Assembly (NCBI GenBank): GCA_963721805.1
Contig: CAVRJY010000001.1
Coordinates: 1,216,001-1,280,000, forward strand
DNA: 64,000 bases
Source of the DNA: Nitrospirota bacterium
GTDB taxonomy: Bacteria > Nitrospirota > Thermodesulfovibrionia > Thermodesulfovibrionales > JdFR-86
Direction: 5' to 3'
This document shows positions 37,802-49,402 of the stretch, in pieces. The notes below the pieces were generated by a model. That model had not been told where the DNA came from, ran no database searches, and saw only the letters and a program-made list of their open reading frames with translations. Each line of letters opens with the position of its first letter. Positions within the stretch are counted from its first letter, which is position 1. A program made the position numbers and the translations under genes.

Positions 37802-39223
37802 CTATCCCCCGAAACCCGTTACAGCCGCCTTCGCCAGGTCGAATAACCTGCTTGGAAGTATGCCGATCAAGAGCACTCCGGCGGTCGCTAGGCCGATGGC
37901 TACCGAAAGCCCTGATGAGGGGGCGAGTTCCACGGTCTCCTTGGGTTCGTTCATGTACATGAGCATCACTATGCGGAGGTAGAAGAAGGCCGAGATCGCG
38001 CTGAAGACGACCGCCACCAGAACCAACGGGGTATACCCGGCGTTTACGGCGGCCATGAAGATATAGAACTTGCCCATGAACCCGGCAGTTGGCGGTATTC
38101 CGGTTAATGAAAACATGAATATCAGCATCAGCGCTGCCGAGACCGGGTGGGTCTTGGACAGGCCCTGGAAGTCGTAGATGCTCTCGCCCTTGACCCCATC
38201 GCGTCCAAGCAGGATCACCAGCGCGAACGCCCCTATGTTCATAAACGCATAGGCCATCATGTAAAACAGCACCGCGCTCATACCCTCGGCGGTCGCGGCC
38301 ACGACGCCCACGAGGGCGTACCCGGCGTGCGCTATAGAGGAGTACGCGAGCATGCGCTTGATGTTCGTCTGCGAGAGCGCGATCACGTTTCCCACCGCCA
38401 TCGTGGCTATGCACAGCGGGACGAGTATCGCGGCCCACTCGACCTTCATCGAGGCAAACGCGATCATCAGCACCCGGCCCATGACCGCGAAACCGGCGGC
38501 CTTCGGCCCCACGGACATGAAAGCGGTGATCGAGGTGGGCGCGCCTTCGTATACGTCAGGGGCCCACATATGAAACGGCACCGCTGCCACCTTGAAGCAG
38601 AACGCCGAGACGAGCATCCCGAGCCCCAGCAGCAGCATCGGGCTTTCGGCCCCGCGATGGAAGGCGAGGTACGTGGCTATGCCCCTGATGTCAGTCGTAC
38701 CGGTATAGCCGTAGCTTAGCGATATCCCGTAGAGAAGTATCGCGGAGGCGAACGCGCCAAGGAGGAAGTATTTGAGCGCGGCCTCATTCGAACGCTTCTG
38801 CCAGCGGATGAACCCCGCGAGCACGTATGTCGAGAGGGCCATGAGTTCGAGCCCCAGATAGAGCACTATCAGGTCCCCTGCCGAGGCCATGACCATCATC
38901 CCGAGCGTCGAAAACAGCAGGAGGCTGTAGTATTCGCCGAAGTTGGACTTCACGATCTCTATAAACCGCACCGATATCATCGTGCTCAGTATCAGGCTTA
39001 CGAGGAACGTGACCTTGAAGAATATCGCGTAGCCGTCGTTTACGACCATCCCGTTAAACGCGGTGCCCATCGAGCCCTGGAGCGAGAACATCACCGCCGC
39101 TGCCGCGATCACCCCGGCTGCCGCGATTATGTCCTTGCGGTGGACGAAGAGCTCCATCATCAGCAGCGCGCAGGCCGCGCAGGCCATGATAATCTCGGGG
39201 ACGACCGCCGTCAGGTCTGGCAT
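37802..39223 (-). CDS. nuoN: NADH-quinone oxidoreductase subunit N
   Basis: LGLELMAL, EAALKYF, FKVAAVPFHMWAPDVYEGAPT, KRMLAYSSIAHAGY. Confidence 0.95.
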   Translation of the reverse strand: MPDLTAVVPEIIMACAACALLMMELFVHRKDIIAAAGVIAAAAVMFSLQGSMGTAFNGMVVNDGYAIFFKVTFLVSLILSTMISVRFIEIVKSNFGEYYSLLLFSTLGMMVMASAGDLIVLYLGLELMALSTYVLAGFIRWQKRSNEAALKYFLLGAFASAILLYGISLSYGYTGTTDIRGIATYLAFHRGAESPMLLLGLGMLVSAFCFKVAAVPFHMWAPDVYEGAPTSITAFMSVGPKAAGFAVMGRVLMIAFASMKVEWAAILVPLCIATMAVGNVIALSQTNIKRMLAYSSIAHAGYALVGVVAATAEGMSAVLFYMMAYAFMNIGAFALVILLGRDGVKGESIYDFQGLSKTHPVSAALMLIFMFSLTGIPPTAGFMGKFYIFMAAVNAGYTPLVLVAVVFSAISAFFYLRIVMLMYMNEPKETVELAPSSGLSVAIGLATAGVLLIGILPSRLFDLAKAAVTGFGG

Positions 39224-39316
39224 GGTTATAATGCTCCTTTATAGCTATATATGAAAGCTTTGTAAGTATAACTTGACAGGGGGGCAAAAGCAAGAGAAAA
39301 GCGGCCAGCCGCTCTC

Positions 39317-40051
39317 TTATAGCGAGTTGATCCTGTGGGCGAGGCAGCCCGCGCCGAAACCGTTGTCAATATTGACGACCGCTATGCCGGGCACGCATGA
39401 GTTCAGCATCGCAAACAGCGCGGTCAGCCCGCCCAAGCTCGTGCCATATCCGACCGAGGTCGGCACCGCTACAATGGGGCAGGCCGCGATCCCGCCGACC
39501 ACCGAGGGCAGGGCGCCCTCCATCCCGGCGACTACCACGATCACCCGCGCGCTCGCTAGCTCGCCGCGCTGGTCAAGCAGCCTGTGGATGCCTGCCACGC
39601 CCACGTCGTACAGCGTGGCCGCCTCGCTTCCCAGAAATTGCGCCGTAAGCGCGGCCTCTTCGGCCACCGGGATGTCCGAGGTCCCTGCGGTGAGCACGAG
39701 CACCTTGCCCTTGCGCTCCTTCGCTCCACCGGCAACGATCAGGCCGCTTGAGGGGTGGAACTTCGCGCCGCGGATGCGGAGCTTCTTTCGGATGGCGTCC
39801 GTGGCGCGCGTGATCAGGAGGCTTCCGCTTTTATCGTATATCGCGCGTCCGATCTTTACGACGTCCTCGGGCTTCTTGCCTGCTGCGAAGACGACCTCCG
39901 GTATGCCCTGCCTGATATGGCGGTGGTGGTCGATCCGCGCGCACTCGATGTCTTCATATGGCAGGTCGCGGAGCTTTCCTATCGCGGCCTCGACCGGGAG
40001 CCTGCCGCTTTGCACGTCGGCCAGCAGCGCGGCCAGCCGCCTGCTATCCAT
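39317..40051 (-). CDS. larB: nickel pincer cofactor biosynthesis protein LarB (AIR carboxylase family)
   Basis: AGTSDIPVAEEA, DVGVAGIHRL, AGMEGAL, PTSVGYG, VNIDNGFGA. Confidence 0.9.
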   Translation of the reverse strand: MDSRRLAALLADVQSGRLPVEAAIGKLRDLPYEDIECARIDHHRHIRQGIPEVVFAAGKKPEDVVKIGRAIYDKSGSLLITRATDAIRKKLRIRGAKFHPSSGLIVAGGAKERKGKVLVLTAGTSDIPVAEEAALTAQFLGSEAATLYDVGVAGIHRLLDQRGELASARVIVVVAGMEGALPSVVGGIAACPIVAVPTSVGYGTSLGGLTALFAMLNSCVPGIAVVNIDNGFGAGCLAHRINSL

Positions 40052-41039
40052 AGAACTCGTTCTTGAGCGAGCGGGCCATGAGCGACTCTACCGCCTCGCG
40101 CACGTCGAGCCCGCCGTAGATGATCCCGTAGACCTGCTCGATGATCGGCATCTCGACGTTAAGCGAGGCCGCGATCTCGTGCGCGGCCTTCGCGGTCGGC
40201 ACGCCCTCCGCAACGCTCCGGGTCGAGGCCTTGATCTCTTCGATCTTCATCCCCTGACCGAGCTTCATGCCGGTGGTGAAATTGCGCGAGGTCTGAGAGC
40301 TGCAAGTAAGCACCAGGTCCCCGATACCGCTCAGGCCCGAGAACGTCCGTTCCTTGGCGCCCATCACCAACCCGAGCCGCGTCATCTCGGCCAGGCCCCG
40401 CGTGATCAGCGCCGCGCGCGCGTCCTGCCCGAGCTTGAGCCCTTCGGTGATACCGGCAGCTATCGCTATCACGTTCTTGATCGCGCCGCCCAGCTCCGCG
40501 CCGATCAGGTCGCCGTGCGTGTAGACGCGGAAGTACTTCGTGTTGAATATCTCCTGAAGGATGAGCCCCGCGTCATACGTCTCGGTCGCGAGCGATACCG
40601 CGGTCGGCAGCCTGTCGATTACCTCGCTTGCGAAGCTCGGGCCGGAAAGCACGGCCGGAGAGCAGGGCGTGACCTCGCGGACGATCTGAGAGACGGTCAT
40701 ATGCGTGCCGATCTCGATGCCCTTCGATGCGGTGACGATGACCGTCTCGGTCGAGAGGTATGGGGCTGCCGCTTTCAGCACAGAGCGCGTATACTGCGCC
40801 GGGACTACGTTTACGATATAGCGCGCCTTTGAGACGACAGAGTCGAGGTCGGTCGACGCCTTGAGCGTGCGCGGCAGCTCGTGGCCGGGAAGGAATACGC
40901 TGTTCGTGCCCTTCGTCTGGATCTCGTCTACGACCTCTTTTTCGTTCGCCCAGAGCTTGACGTCATAGCCCTTCTCGGCGAGCATGGCCGCGAGCGTAGT
41001 GCCCCATGCGCCGCCCCCGAGCACCGCGATATAGTTCAT
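40044..41039 (-). CDS. gpsA: NAD(P)H-dependent glycerol-3-phosphate dehydrogenase
   Basis: [36 protein letters not shown]. Confidence 0.95.
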   Translation of the reverse strand: MNYIAVLGGGAWGTTLAAMLAEKGYDVKLWANEKEVVDEIQTKGTNSVFLPGHELPRTLKASTDLDSVVSKARYIVNVVPAQYTRSVLKAAAPYLSTETVIVTASKGIEIGTHMTVSQIVREVTPCSPAVLSGPSFASEVIDRLPTAVSLATETYDAGLILQEIFNTKYFRVYTHGDLIGAELGGAIKNVIAIAAGITEGLKLGQDARAALITRGLAEMTRLGLVMGAKERTFSGLSGIGDLVLTCSSQTSRNFTTGMKLGQGMKIEEIKASTRSVAEGVPTAKAAHEIAASLNVEMPIIEQVYGIIYGGLDVREAVESLMARSLKNEFYG

Positions 41040-42727
41040 CCCTTTGGCCCTCCTTCGGACTTCTGCTGCAGCTTCGCCCAGGTGTCCTTGAGCGTGATCG
41101 TGCGGTTAAAGACCGGATGTCCTGCCTTGGATTCCACGCTGTCCGGGCAGAAGTACCCGAGCCGCATGAACTGGTAGACCGTGCCCGGTTTCGCATCACC
41201 AAGCGAGGGCTCGAGCTTGCAGCCCCTTAGAGTCTGGATAGAGTTTGGGTTTACGAAGCTCAGGAAATCCGCGTCCTTGTCATCGTCCGGGTTCTCCTTC
41301 GTGAACAGCCCCTCGAACAGCCTCACCTCGGCGTCTACCGCGTGCGCTACAGAGGCCCAGTGCAGCGTGCCCTTGACCTTGCGCTCCGCGTTCGCCATCC
41401 CGCTTCGGCTTTCGGGATCATACGTGCAGCGAAGCTCCTTAATCGTGCCGTCGGAGTTCTTGATAACCTCTTCGCACTTGATGATGTAGGCGTGCTTGAG
41501 CCTCACCTCCCGGCCGGGCGCCAAGCGGAAGAACTTCTTCGACGGCTCTTCCATGAAGTCGTCCTGCTCGATATAAACCTCTCGCGAAAACTCTATCGTC
41601 CTCGTCCCGGCCGAGGGGTCCTCGGGGTTGTTTTCGGCCACAAGCTCCTCGATCTGTCCCTCCGGATAGTTCGTTATCACGAGCTTGATCGGCCTTAGCA
41701 CCGCCATCACGCGCGGTGCGCTCTTGTTGAGGTCTTCCCTCAGGTGGTGCTCCAGTAGCGCGATGTCTATGGTGCTGTTGGCCTTGGCCACGCCTATGCG
41801 GTCGCAAAACGCGCGTATGGCCGAAGCAGTATACCCGCGCCTCCGCACGCCTGAGAGCGTCGGCATCCGGGGATCGTCCCATCCGCTGACGACGCCTTCC
41901 TTAACCAGCCTCGTGAGCTTGCGCTTGCTCAGCACGGTGTAGCTAAGATTCAGGCGCGCGAACTCGACCTGCTGCGGGTGGTATATCCCTAGCGCGTCGA
42001 TGAACCAGTCATACAGCGGGCGGTGGTCCTCGAACTCTATCGTGCAGATCGAATGCGTGATGCCCTCGATGGAATCGCAGAGCCCGTGGGCCCAGTCGTA
42101 CATGGGATAGATGCACCATGCGTCGCCGGTGCGGTGGTGCGTGGCGCGCATGATGCGGTACATCACCGGGTCGCGCAGGTTGATGTTGCCCGAGGCCATG
42201 TCGATCTTGGCCCGCAATGTTCGCGAGCCGTCCGGGAACTCCCCGGCACGCATGCGGGTGAAGAGGTCGAGGTTCTCATCGACCGTGCGGTTGCGGTATG
42301 GGCTGTCCTTGCCTGGCTCGGTGAGCGTGCCGCGATAAAGGCGCGTCTCCTCGGCCGTCAGGTCATCGACATACGCGAGGCCCTTATTAACAAGGATGAG
42401 CGCGTGCTGGTATATCTGCTCGAAGTAGTCCGAGGCGTAGTACATCCCGTTCCAATTGAACCCCATCCAGCGCACGTCGGCCTGGATCGAGTCGACGAAC
42501 TCCTGCTCTTCCTTGGACGGGTTGGTGTCGTCGAACCTAAGGTTGCACTTGCCGCCGTACTGCCCGGCGAGGCCGAAGTTCAGACAGATCGACTTGGCAT
42601 GTCCGAGGTGCAGGTAGCCGTTGGGCTCCGGCGGAAAGCGCGTGTGCACCCGGCGGCCGAACTTGCCGGTCTCGTTGTCGCGGTCGATTAGCTCGGTGAT
42701 GAAGTGCGAGGGCCTCTCGGTCTCCAT
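41036..42727 (-). CDS. glnS: glutamine--tRNA ligase
   Basis: [37 protein letters not shown]. Confidence 0.95.
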   Translation of the reverse strand: METERPSHFITELIDRDNETGKFGRRVHTRFPPEPNGYLHLGHAKSICLNFGLAGQYGGKCNLRFDDTNPSKEEQEFVDSIQADVRWMGFNWNGMYYASDYFEQIYQHALILVNKGLAYVDDLTAEETRLYRGTLTEPGKDSPYRNRTVDENLDLFTRMRAGEFPDGSRTLRAKIDMASGNINLRDPVMYRIMRATHHRTGDAWCIYPMYDWAHGLCDSIEGITHSICTIEFEDHRPLYDWFIDALGIYHPQQVEFARLNLSYTVLSKRKLTRLVKEGVVSGWDDPRMPTLSGVRRRGYTASAIRAFCDRIGVAKANSTIDIALLEHHLREDLNKSAPRVMAVLRPIKLVITNYPEGQIEELVAENNPEDPSAGTRTIEFSREVYIEQDDFMEEPSKKFFRLAPGREVRLKHAYIIKCEEVIKNSDGTIKELRCTYDPESRSGMANAERKVKGTLHWASVAHAVDAEVRLFEGLFTKENPDDDKDADFLSFVNPNSIQTLRGCKLEPSLGDAKPGTVYQFMRLGYFCPDSVESKAGHPVFNRTITLKDTWAKLQQKSEGGPKG

Positions 42728-42729
42728 GC

Positions 42730-44145
42730 CTATTCCCCGGCCATTTCGATGGCGCGGCGGATGCGCCTGAGCGTCTTTTCGCGCCCGACTATCTCAAGGA
42801 CGACGAATATGCCGGGGCTCATCGTCCCGCCGGTTACGGCGACGCGGATCGGCTGGGCTACGGCACCCAATTTCACGCACATCGTCTCTACGAGGCTGTG
42901 CACCGCGTGCTCGAGCGCCGGGGCAGTAAACTCGCCAAGCGGCTCTATCACAGAGAGGACCTCTTTCAGATACCCCGCGGAAGTTGGCGTCAGGTGCTTT
43001 TCCTTTGCCTTGGGGTCTATCTCGACCTCGTCGGAGATGTAGTATTTAAGCGCCGTCGCAAGCTCAAGCATCGTCTTTGCGCGCTCTGTAAGCGTAGAGA
43101 CCGCACGCTCCGCCCATGCCGTATTGATAACGGTGTCTTCAGCGATAGTGCCCTGCGCGACCAGAAAAGGCCTGACGAGTTCATAGAGCCGGGAAGGGGG
43201 CAGGGTTTTCATGTACTCCGCGTTAAGCCACATGAGCTTCTCGGGGTTGAATACGGACGCGGACTTCCCTATGTGCTCGAGCGAGAAGAACTCGACGAGT
43301 TCCTCCGGGCTGAATACCTCCTGGTCTCCGTGCGACCATCCGAGCCTTACGAGGTAATTCACGAGAGCCTCGGGAATAAAACCCCCATCGCGGTACGCGA
43401 GCACCGATGTAGCGCCGTGGCGCTTCGAGAGGCGCGTCTTGTCCGATCCGAGTATCATCGGCAGGTGCGCGAAACGCGGCACCTCGTACCCGAGCGCGCG
43501 GTATATGTGCACCTGCTTGGGCGTGTTGTTGAGGTGGTCGTCGCCGCGTATGACGTCCGTGATCCGCATCTCGTAGTCGTCGACCACGACGCAGAAATTA
43601 TATGTCGGGGTCCCGTCGCTGCGCACGATGATGAGGTCGTCTAGCTGCGAGTTTTCGAATATCACAGGGCCGCGTATGAGGTCCGACACCACGGTGTCGC
43701 CCTCCATCGGCATCTTAAACCGGATGGAGTAGGGCTTGCCCTCGATGGGCTCCCTGATCGAGCGGCAGCGCCTGTCGTAGCTCGGCGTCTGGCCGCGCTT
43801 GATCGCCTCCTCGCGCCGGACCTCGAGCTCCTCGGGGGTGCAGTAGCAGCGGTACGCCTTGCCGTGCTTGAGGAACTCCTCGGCGTGGTGGCGGTAGATC
43901 TCGAAGCGGTCGGTCTGGCGGTAGGGGCCCTCGTCCCAGTCGAGCCCTAGCCAGCGCATGCCCTCTATGATCGAGGCTATGTACTCGTCGGTCGAGCGGT
44001 CGCGGTCGGTGTCCTCGATGCGCAGCACGAATTTCCCGCCCGAGTGGCGGGCGTAAAGCCAGTTAAAAAGCGCTGTGCGCGCCCCTCCGATGTGCAGGTG
44101 CCCGGTCGGGCTGGGCGCAAAGCGCACCCGTATGTCTCTATTCAA
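42730..44145 (-). CDS. gltX: glutamate--tRNA ligase
   Basis: [35 protein letters not shown] start behind GAGGAGG. Confidence 0.96.
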   Translation of the reverse strand: MNRDIRVRFAPSPTGHLHIGGARTALFNWLYARHSGGKFVLRIEDTDRDRSTDEYIASIIEGMRWLGLDWDEGPYRQTDRFEIYRHHAEEFLKHGKAYRCYCTPEELEVRREEAIKRGQTPSYDRRCRSIREPIEGKPYSIRFKMPMEGDTVVSDLIRGPVIFENSQLDDLIIVRSDGTPTYNFCVVVDDYEMRITDVIRGDDHLNNTPKQVHIYRALGYEVPRFAHLPMILGSDKTRLSKRHGATSVLAYRDGGFIPEALVNYLVRLGWSHGDQEVFSPEELVEFFSLEHIGKSASVFNPEKLMWLNAEYMKTLPPSRLYELVRPFLVAQGTIAEDTVINTAWAERAVSTLTERAKTMLELATALKYYISDEVEIDPKAKEKHLTPTSAGYLKEVLSVIEPLGEFTAPALEHAVHSLVETMCVKLGAVAQPIRVAVTGGTMSPGIFVVLEIVGREKTLRRIRRAIEMAGE

Positions 44146-44223
44146 AATGCCGCCTCCTCGCAGACTCGCTTAACCATGAAATATAACAGATCGCGGCGTG
44201 TTTGTGCCAAAAGCCGCCTGGCG

Positions 44224-44793
44224 TCAGACGAGCTTTTTGCCTATCGAGAACGCCTTGCCGAGTGACGGCCCCACGCCGTGATAACTCGACGTCCCGGTGC
44301 AATAGATGACCGGCTGGATTTTTTCGATATCCGGCCTGCCCTCGGCATCCAGCATCGAGTCATCGGCCCTGACGTCCATTATCTCGCCGATGAACTGCGT
44401 ATGGAGGCCGAGCTCGTGCACCTCCGCCACCCTGCACTCGATCACGACAGGGAACTCCTCGACGTACGGGGCATCGACGAGCCCGGCCCTCACGGGCGTG
44501 AGCCCGGTCTTGCCGAATTTATCTGAGTCGCGGCCCGATGCCATCCCGAAGTAGTCGGCCTCAGCCGCGTGCGTTGCGGAGGGGATGCTGACCGTAAAGG
44601 CGCGGCGCGCCATTATGTTGCCGTGGGTGTGCGTGGCGGCCCTCAGTGAGATCGCGACCATCGGCGGCTTCGAGCAGCATATGCCGCCCCATGCGATCGT
44701 CGCGGCGTTGGGTTTGCCGTCTTTGTCGTACGAGCCTATGACCCATACCGGGGCCGGGAATGCGAGCGTCTTTGCGCCAAGGGATTTTTTCAT
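44224..44793 (-). CDS. flavin reductase/flavoredoxin family protein
   Basis: Start MKKSLGAK behind AAGGAGG; SGRDSDKF, APYVEEFP, HTQFIGEI. Confidence 0.88.
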   Translation of the reverse strand: MKKSLGAKTLAFPAPVWVIGSYDKDGKPNAATIAWGGICCSKPPMVAISLRAATHTHGNIMARRAFTVSIPSATHAAEADYFGMASGRDSDKFGKTGLTPVRAGLVDAPYVEEFPVVIECRVAEVHELGLHTQFIGEIMDVRADDSMLDAEGRPDIEKIQPVIYCTGTSSYHGVGPSLGKAFSIGKKLV

Positions 44794-44865
44794 GGAAGCC
44801 TCCTTTTGATCATTATACCAGTGTATTGACAAACGCAGCGACGGGTTCTTACACTCTATATCGTC

Positions 44866-45639
44866 ATGATCGATGTTATGGGCAATGGATACGATACCCC
44901 GCCGGTGCGCTTGGGCCTCATCTCGCGCCTCCTGCCCTCGTGCGTATTCCACGTGCACAACGTCCTGATCGTCCGGAAGGCCGGGGCTAAGGCCAAGCGC
45001 GGGGAATACGGCGACGCTGACTGGGCCGGATCGAGCCAGGATATCATGCGCTCGCTCGAGGCAGTCGGGGTCCGGATTCATATAGAGGGGGTCGAGAACT
45101 TCGCCAAGCTCAAGGGGCCGTGCGTGATAATCGGAAACCACATGAGCACGCTTGAGACCTTCACCCTGCCGGGCATGATAAGGCCGAAGATACCTGTCAC
45201 GTTCGTCGTCAAGGAAAGCCTGATCAACTATCCCGTATTCGGGCCGGTGATGCGCAGCCGCAACCCTATACTCGTCGGCCGCACGAACCCGCGCGAGGAC
45301 CTGCGCGCTGTGCTCGAAGGCGGAGAGCAGAGGCTCCGCGCCGGGATATCGATAATCATCTTCCCCCAGACCACGCGAGCGCTCACGTTCGATCCGGCGC
45401 AGTTCAACTCAATCGGGGTGAAGCTCGCGAAGCGGGCAGGGGTGCAGGTGCTCCCTCTGGCGCTCAAGACCGACGCATGGGCCAACGGGAGGTTCGTCAA
45501 GGAGTTCGGAAAGATTAATCCGGCAATCCCGGTACGCTTCCGGTTCGGCGAGCCGATGTTCGTCAAAGACCGGGGCAATGAGGAACATCAGGCCATCATA
45601 GATTTTATCGAGAGCAGCCTTAAGGAATGGAGCAGGTAG
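44866..45639 (+). CDS. lysophospholipid acyltransferase (PlsC family)
   Basis: NHMSTLE, FVVKESL, IFPQTTR. Confidence 0.85.
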   Translation: MIDVMGNGYDTPPVRLGLISRLLPSCVFHVHNVLIVRKAGAKAKRGEYGDADWAGSSQDIMRSLEAVGVRIHIEGVENFAKLKGPCVIIGNHMSTLETFTLPGMIRPKIPVTFVVKESLINYPVFGPVMRSRNPILVGRTNPREDLRAVLEGGEQRLRAGISIIIFPQTTRALTFDPAQFNSIGVKLAKRAGVQVLPLALKTDAWANGRFVKEFGKINPAIPVRFRFGEPMFVKDRGNEEHQAIIDFIESSLKEWSR

Positions 45640-45640
45640 C

Positions 45641-47026
45641 CTAGATTCGAGCCTGTTTAAGCTCTAGTATCAGGTACTTGCGCGTCTCTGGCGTGACCCT
45701 GAACCTCTCGTCACTTCTGAGGCCCACGACCCATATGATCTCGCCGCCGGATACGACCACCGGCACCGCGTCGCGCTCGTCGCGCGCGACCTTGTCGTCC
45801 ACGAACAGATCCTGGAGCTTCTTGCGCTTCCCGAACCCCTTGGGATAGATGTGGTCGCCCTCGGCGCGCGGCCTGACGGTTAGCGGGAACGCCACCTGCC
45901 CGGCGTCGAAGACCATGCGGAAGGAGTCCTCGGTCTCGTCCTCCGGCGCGGTATCGGTGAGCTCGGAGGTCAGCATCAGCGAGACCTCCTTAAGCGGCAG
46001 CTCCTCACCCGGAGCCGCTAGCGTGTACGTGCCGAGGCGGATAGGGTCTTCGGAGGTTATCAGCACCGTGGAGTATTTCTTGATCGCGCGTATGTCGTGG
46101 GGGAGGTAGACGCGGTCGCCGGCCTTGCCCCCTAGCACGAGCCTTATGACCTCCTCGATATGCACGTACCCGAGCGCCCGCAGGCCCTCGGTCTCCGCTA
46201 CGGCGCGCCTAAGCACCCGGCGCACCACGACGCGGTCGAGCGTCTCCATCGGGCTTGAGAACAGCTCTATCGAGCGCTTGGACTTGCGGGTGACGAGCCG
46301 CATCATCGTCTTGTTGACGACGTACTCGAGGTACCTGTCCTCGTCGCGCAGGATCTCGGCCGTATGGCCCATCGTAGGGACGATGTTGGGGTTGAGTTCT
46401 TTGAGCATCGGCATCAGGTGCGATCTCAGCCGGTTTCGGAGATAATCCTCCCCGAGGTTCGAGGAATCGACCATGTAGGCCGCGCCCTCGGCCTCGAGCA
46501 TCGCGATTATCTCGCGCTTTTCCACCTCGAGCATCGGCCTGATGATCGGGCCGCGCACGGGCGGTATCCCGCCGAGGCCCTTAAGCCCGCTGCCCCGTAT
46601 GATATGCATGATGAAGGTCTCGGCCTGGTCGTCGAGCGTATGCCCAAGCGCGATGCGGTGCGCCCCGATCTCTCTGGCGTGCTCCTCGAATATCGCGTAT
46701 CTGAGGTCGCGCGCGGCCTCCTGCTTGTTGAGCCCCATGTTCTCTACAGCGCCCAGCACGTCGGCGTGCCTGACCGTGAACCCGATCCCGAGCCCCTCGC
46801 AGAGGTCCTCGCAGAACTTGATCTCATCCGGGATTTCCTTGGGCCTGAGCCCGTGGTCGACGTATATCGCATCGAGCGCGATGCCGAGTTCCGCAGCGAG
46901 CGTAACCAGCGCCATGCACAGGCAGGTCGAGTCCGGCCCGGCCGACAGGCCGACGAGCACGCGCTCCCCGCCCTGGAGCATCGAGTGTTTTTTGATCGTC
47001 GCGCGGACTTTGGCTATGAGGTCCAT
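45641..47026 (-). CDS. tilS: tRNA(Ile)-lysidine synthetase
   Basis: SAGPDS, DHGLR, ARDLRY, GHTLDDQAET, IIRPML, RNRLR. Confidence 0.95.
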   Translation of the reverse strand: MDLIAKVRATIKKHSMLQGGERVLVGLSAGPDSTCLCMALVTLAAELGIALDAIYVDHGLRPKEIPDEIKFCEDLCEGLGIGFTVRHADVLGAVENMGLNKQEAARDLRYAIFEEHAREIGAHRIALGHTLDDQAETFIMHIIRGSGLKGLGGIPPVRGPIIRPMLEVEKREIIAMLEAEGAAYMVDSSNLGEDYLRNRLRSHLMPMLKELNPNIVPTMGHTAEILRDEDRYLEYVVNKTMMRLVTRKSKRSIELFSSPMETLDRVVVRRVLRRAVAETEGLRALGYVHIEEVIRLVLGGKAGDRVYLPHDIRAIKKYSTVLITSEDPIRLGTYTLAAPGEELPLKEVSLMLTSELTDTAPEDETEDSFRMVFDAGQVAFPLTVRPRAEGDHIYPKGFGKRKKLQDLFVDDKVARDERDAVPVVVSGGEIIWVVGLRSDERFRVTPETRKYLILELKQARI

Positions 47027-47084
47027 ATGGAGTGATTATCGCACATTTCGAACCGCCACGCAGCCCCGGCGGAGTTCAGCGAGG

Positions 47085-47891
47085 CTAGAGCCTGACAGGC
47101 ACGCCACGTTTTTGGAGGTATTCCTTGCACTGCCTGACCGTGTATTCCCTGTAGTGGAATATCGAGGCCGCGAGCGCGGCGTCGGCCTTGCCGGTGGTCA
47201 GACCGTCATAGATATGCTCGAGGTTGCCGACGCCACCCGAGGCAATCACCGGGATGCTCACTGCCTCTGAGACCGCGCGCGTGAGCTCCAGGTCAAAGCC
47301 GTTCTTCGTCCCGTCCCTATCCATGCTCGTAAGCAGTATCTCGCCCGCGCCCATCTGCTCCATGTACTTCGCCCACTTCACCGCGTCGATGCCCTTGGGC
47401 TTGCGGCCGCCGTGGGTGAATACCTCGAACGTCTCGGGCGGGAAGGGGGTTTCCTTCGCCCACTCTGGCGGCTCTCCGGGCGCTCCGGTGCGGCGCTTGG
47501 CGTCTATGGCCACGACTATGCACTGGCTCCCGAACCGCTCGGCGGCCTTCCTGATGAAGCCCGGGTTGTGCACGGCGGTCGTGTTGATCGCGACCTTGTC
47601 GCAGCCGGCGTTAAGCAGGTTTCTTATGTCGTCGATCTCGCGGATGCCGCCGCCTACGGTAAGCGGCATGAATATCTCGTTCGCTGTTTGGCGGACGACG
47701 TCGAGGATGATACCGCGCTTTTCGTGCGAGGCGGTGATGTCCAGAAACACCAGCTCGTCCGCGCCCTGTTCGTCATAGTAGCGTGCGTTCTCGACCGGGT
47801 CTCCGGCGTCTTGGATATTGACGAAATTAACGCCCTTGACCACGCGTCCGTCTCGGACGTCTAGGCAGGGGATTATGCGTTTTGCGAGCAT
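47085..47891 (-). CDS. hisF: imidazole glycerol phosphate synthase cyclase subunit
   Basis: [36 protein letters not shown]. Confidence 0.96.
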   Translation of the reverse strand: MLAKRIIPCLDVRDGRVVKGVNFVNIQDAGDPVENARYYDEQGADELVFLDITASHEKRGIILDVVRQTANEIFMPLTVGGGIREIDDIRNLLNAGCDKVAINTTAVHNPGFIRKAAERFGSQCIVVAIDAKRRTGAPGEPPEWAKETPFPPETFEVFTHGGRKPKGIDAVKWAKYMEQMGAGEILLTSMDRDGTKNGFDLELTRAVSEAVSIPVIASGGVGNLEHIYDGLTTGKADAALAASIFHYREYTVRQCKEYLQKRGVPVRL

Positions 47892-48616
47892 TAGCCGCAC
47901 TCCGTGGCGGTGCGTATGGCCTCGATGATGTCGAGCGTCCCTGCGTAGAGCGCCTTACCGGTGATCACGCCCCAGAGGCCGCCTATCTCGCAGAGGTTTA
48001 CGATGTCCTCGACCTTCGAGACCCCGCCGGAGGCTATTACCGGGATCGAGACCGACTCGACCATCTTGCGCATGGCCTCCAGGTTCGGCCCGGTGAGCAT
48101 ACCGTCGCGCGCGATGTCCGTGTAGATGATCCCGGCCGCCCCGGCCTGCTGCATTGCCTTGGCGAAGGTGACCGCCTCATGGTCCGTCACCTCGACCCAG
48201 CCCTTGACCGCCACCTTGCCGTCCTTGGCGTCGATGCCGACGAGCACGCGTCCGGGATGCTTGGCGCACGCCTCGCGCACGAGTTCGGGCTTCTCGGCGG
48301 CCACGGTGCCCAGTATCACGCGGTTGATCCCAAGTGCGATCAGCATGTCTATGCGGCTCAGGTCGCGTATGCCGCCGCCGAGTTCAAGCTCGCAGCTCAC
48401 GGCCGAGCGGATCGAGCGTATGGCCTCGATGTTTTTCTGTTCGCCTGTAAACGCTCCGTCGAGGTCCACTATATGGATGAGCTTCGCGCCTGATGATTCC
48501 CACCGTCTCGCGGTCGCGGCCGGGTCGTCTGAGTATACCGTGGCGTCCTCGGCGCGGCCCTGGAGCAGCCGCACGCACTTGCCCCCTTTGAGGTCTATTG
48601 CAGGTATCACCTTCAT
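47891..48616 (-). CDS. hisA: ProFAR isomerase
   Basis: [36 protein letters not shown]. Confidence 0.96.
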   Translation of the reverse strand: MKVIPAIDLKGGKCVRLLQGRAEDATVYSDDPAATARRWESSGAKLIHIVDLDGAFTGEQKNIEAIRSIRSAVSCELELGGGIRDLSRIDMLIALGINRVILGTVAAEKPELVREACAKHPGRVLVGIDAKDGKVAVKGWVEVTDHEAVTFAKAMQQAGAAGIIYTDIARDGMLTGPNLEAMRKMVESVSIPVIASGGVSKVEDIVNLCEIGGLWGVITGKALYAGTLDIIEAIRTATECG

Positions 48617-48682
48617 AAAGATAATATAACAGATGCCGGGGCGGTTTCGCCTCCAGTCTAATATGGTTTATAAGGAGGCCTG

Positions 48683-49402
48683 ATGAAGGTCAGCCGCAAT
48701 ATCATAGAGATCGACGAGGCGCTCTGTAACGGCTGCGGCGAGTGCGTCAGCGCGTGCGCGGAATCCGCTTTAAAGCTCGTGGACGGCAAGGCGAGGCTTG
48801 TCGGAGAGATCTACTGCGACGGCCTCGGCGCGTGTCTGGGCCACTGCCCTGCCGGGGCGCTTAAGGTCATCAAGCGCGAGGCCGACGAGTTCGAGGAGGA
48901 GGAGGTCGAGGCGATGCTGCTCTCCCAGGGCAAGAGCCTTTATTCACCGCCCGCATGCCCCTCGACCAAGCTCCAGATGCACTCGGCGCCAACGCCCTGT
49001 CAGGCCGCGAACGTCCCGGCCTCGTTCTCCGGCGGCGGCTCGGCGCTCACGCACTGGCCGGTGCAGATCAAGCTCGTACCTCCGACCGCGCCGTTTCTGA
49101 AGGGCGCTGAGCTCCTGATCGCCGCCGACTGCGTGCCTGTTGCATATCCCGGGTTCCATCCCGATCTGCTGAAGGGCAGGGCGGTCATGCTCGGCTGCCC
49201 CAAGTTCGACAACGCAAACGAGTACTACGAGCGGTTCAGGGAGCTGTTCAAGGTCTCTGGAGTTACGGGCGTGACCGTGGCCGTGATGGAGGTCCCGTGC
49301 TGCCAGGCGCTTCAGATGGTAGTGAAAAAGGCCCTCAAAGACAGCGGCACGGACATCCCGCTTGAGGTCGTGACCGTCAGCACCAGGGGCGAGATATTGT
49401 GA
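48683..49402 (+). CDS. 4Fe-4S ferredoxin-domain protein
   Basis: CNGCGECVSAC, CDGLGACLGHCP, WPVQIKL, GCPKFD, MEVPCC. Confidence 0.85.
   Translation: MKVSRNIIEIDEALCNGCGECVSACAESALKLVDGKARLVGEIYCDGLGACLGHCPAGALKVIKREADEFEEEEVEAMLLSQGKSLYSPPACPSTKLQMHSAPTPCQAANVPASFSGGGSALTHWPVQIKLVPPTAPFLKGAELLIAADCVPVAYPGFHPDLLKGRAVMLGCPKFDNANEYYERFRELFKVSGVTGVTVAVMEVPCCQALQMVVKKALKDSGTDIPLEVVTVSTRGEIL

Noticed and set aside
44794..45141. N-terminal extension of the flavin reductase ORF
   Set aside because: It overlaps the divergent PlsC-family gene; a strong SD supports ATG 44793.
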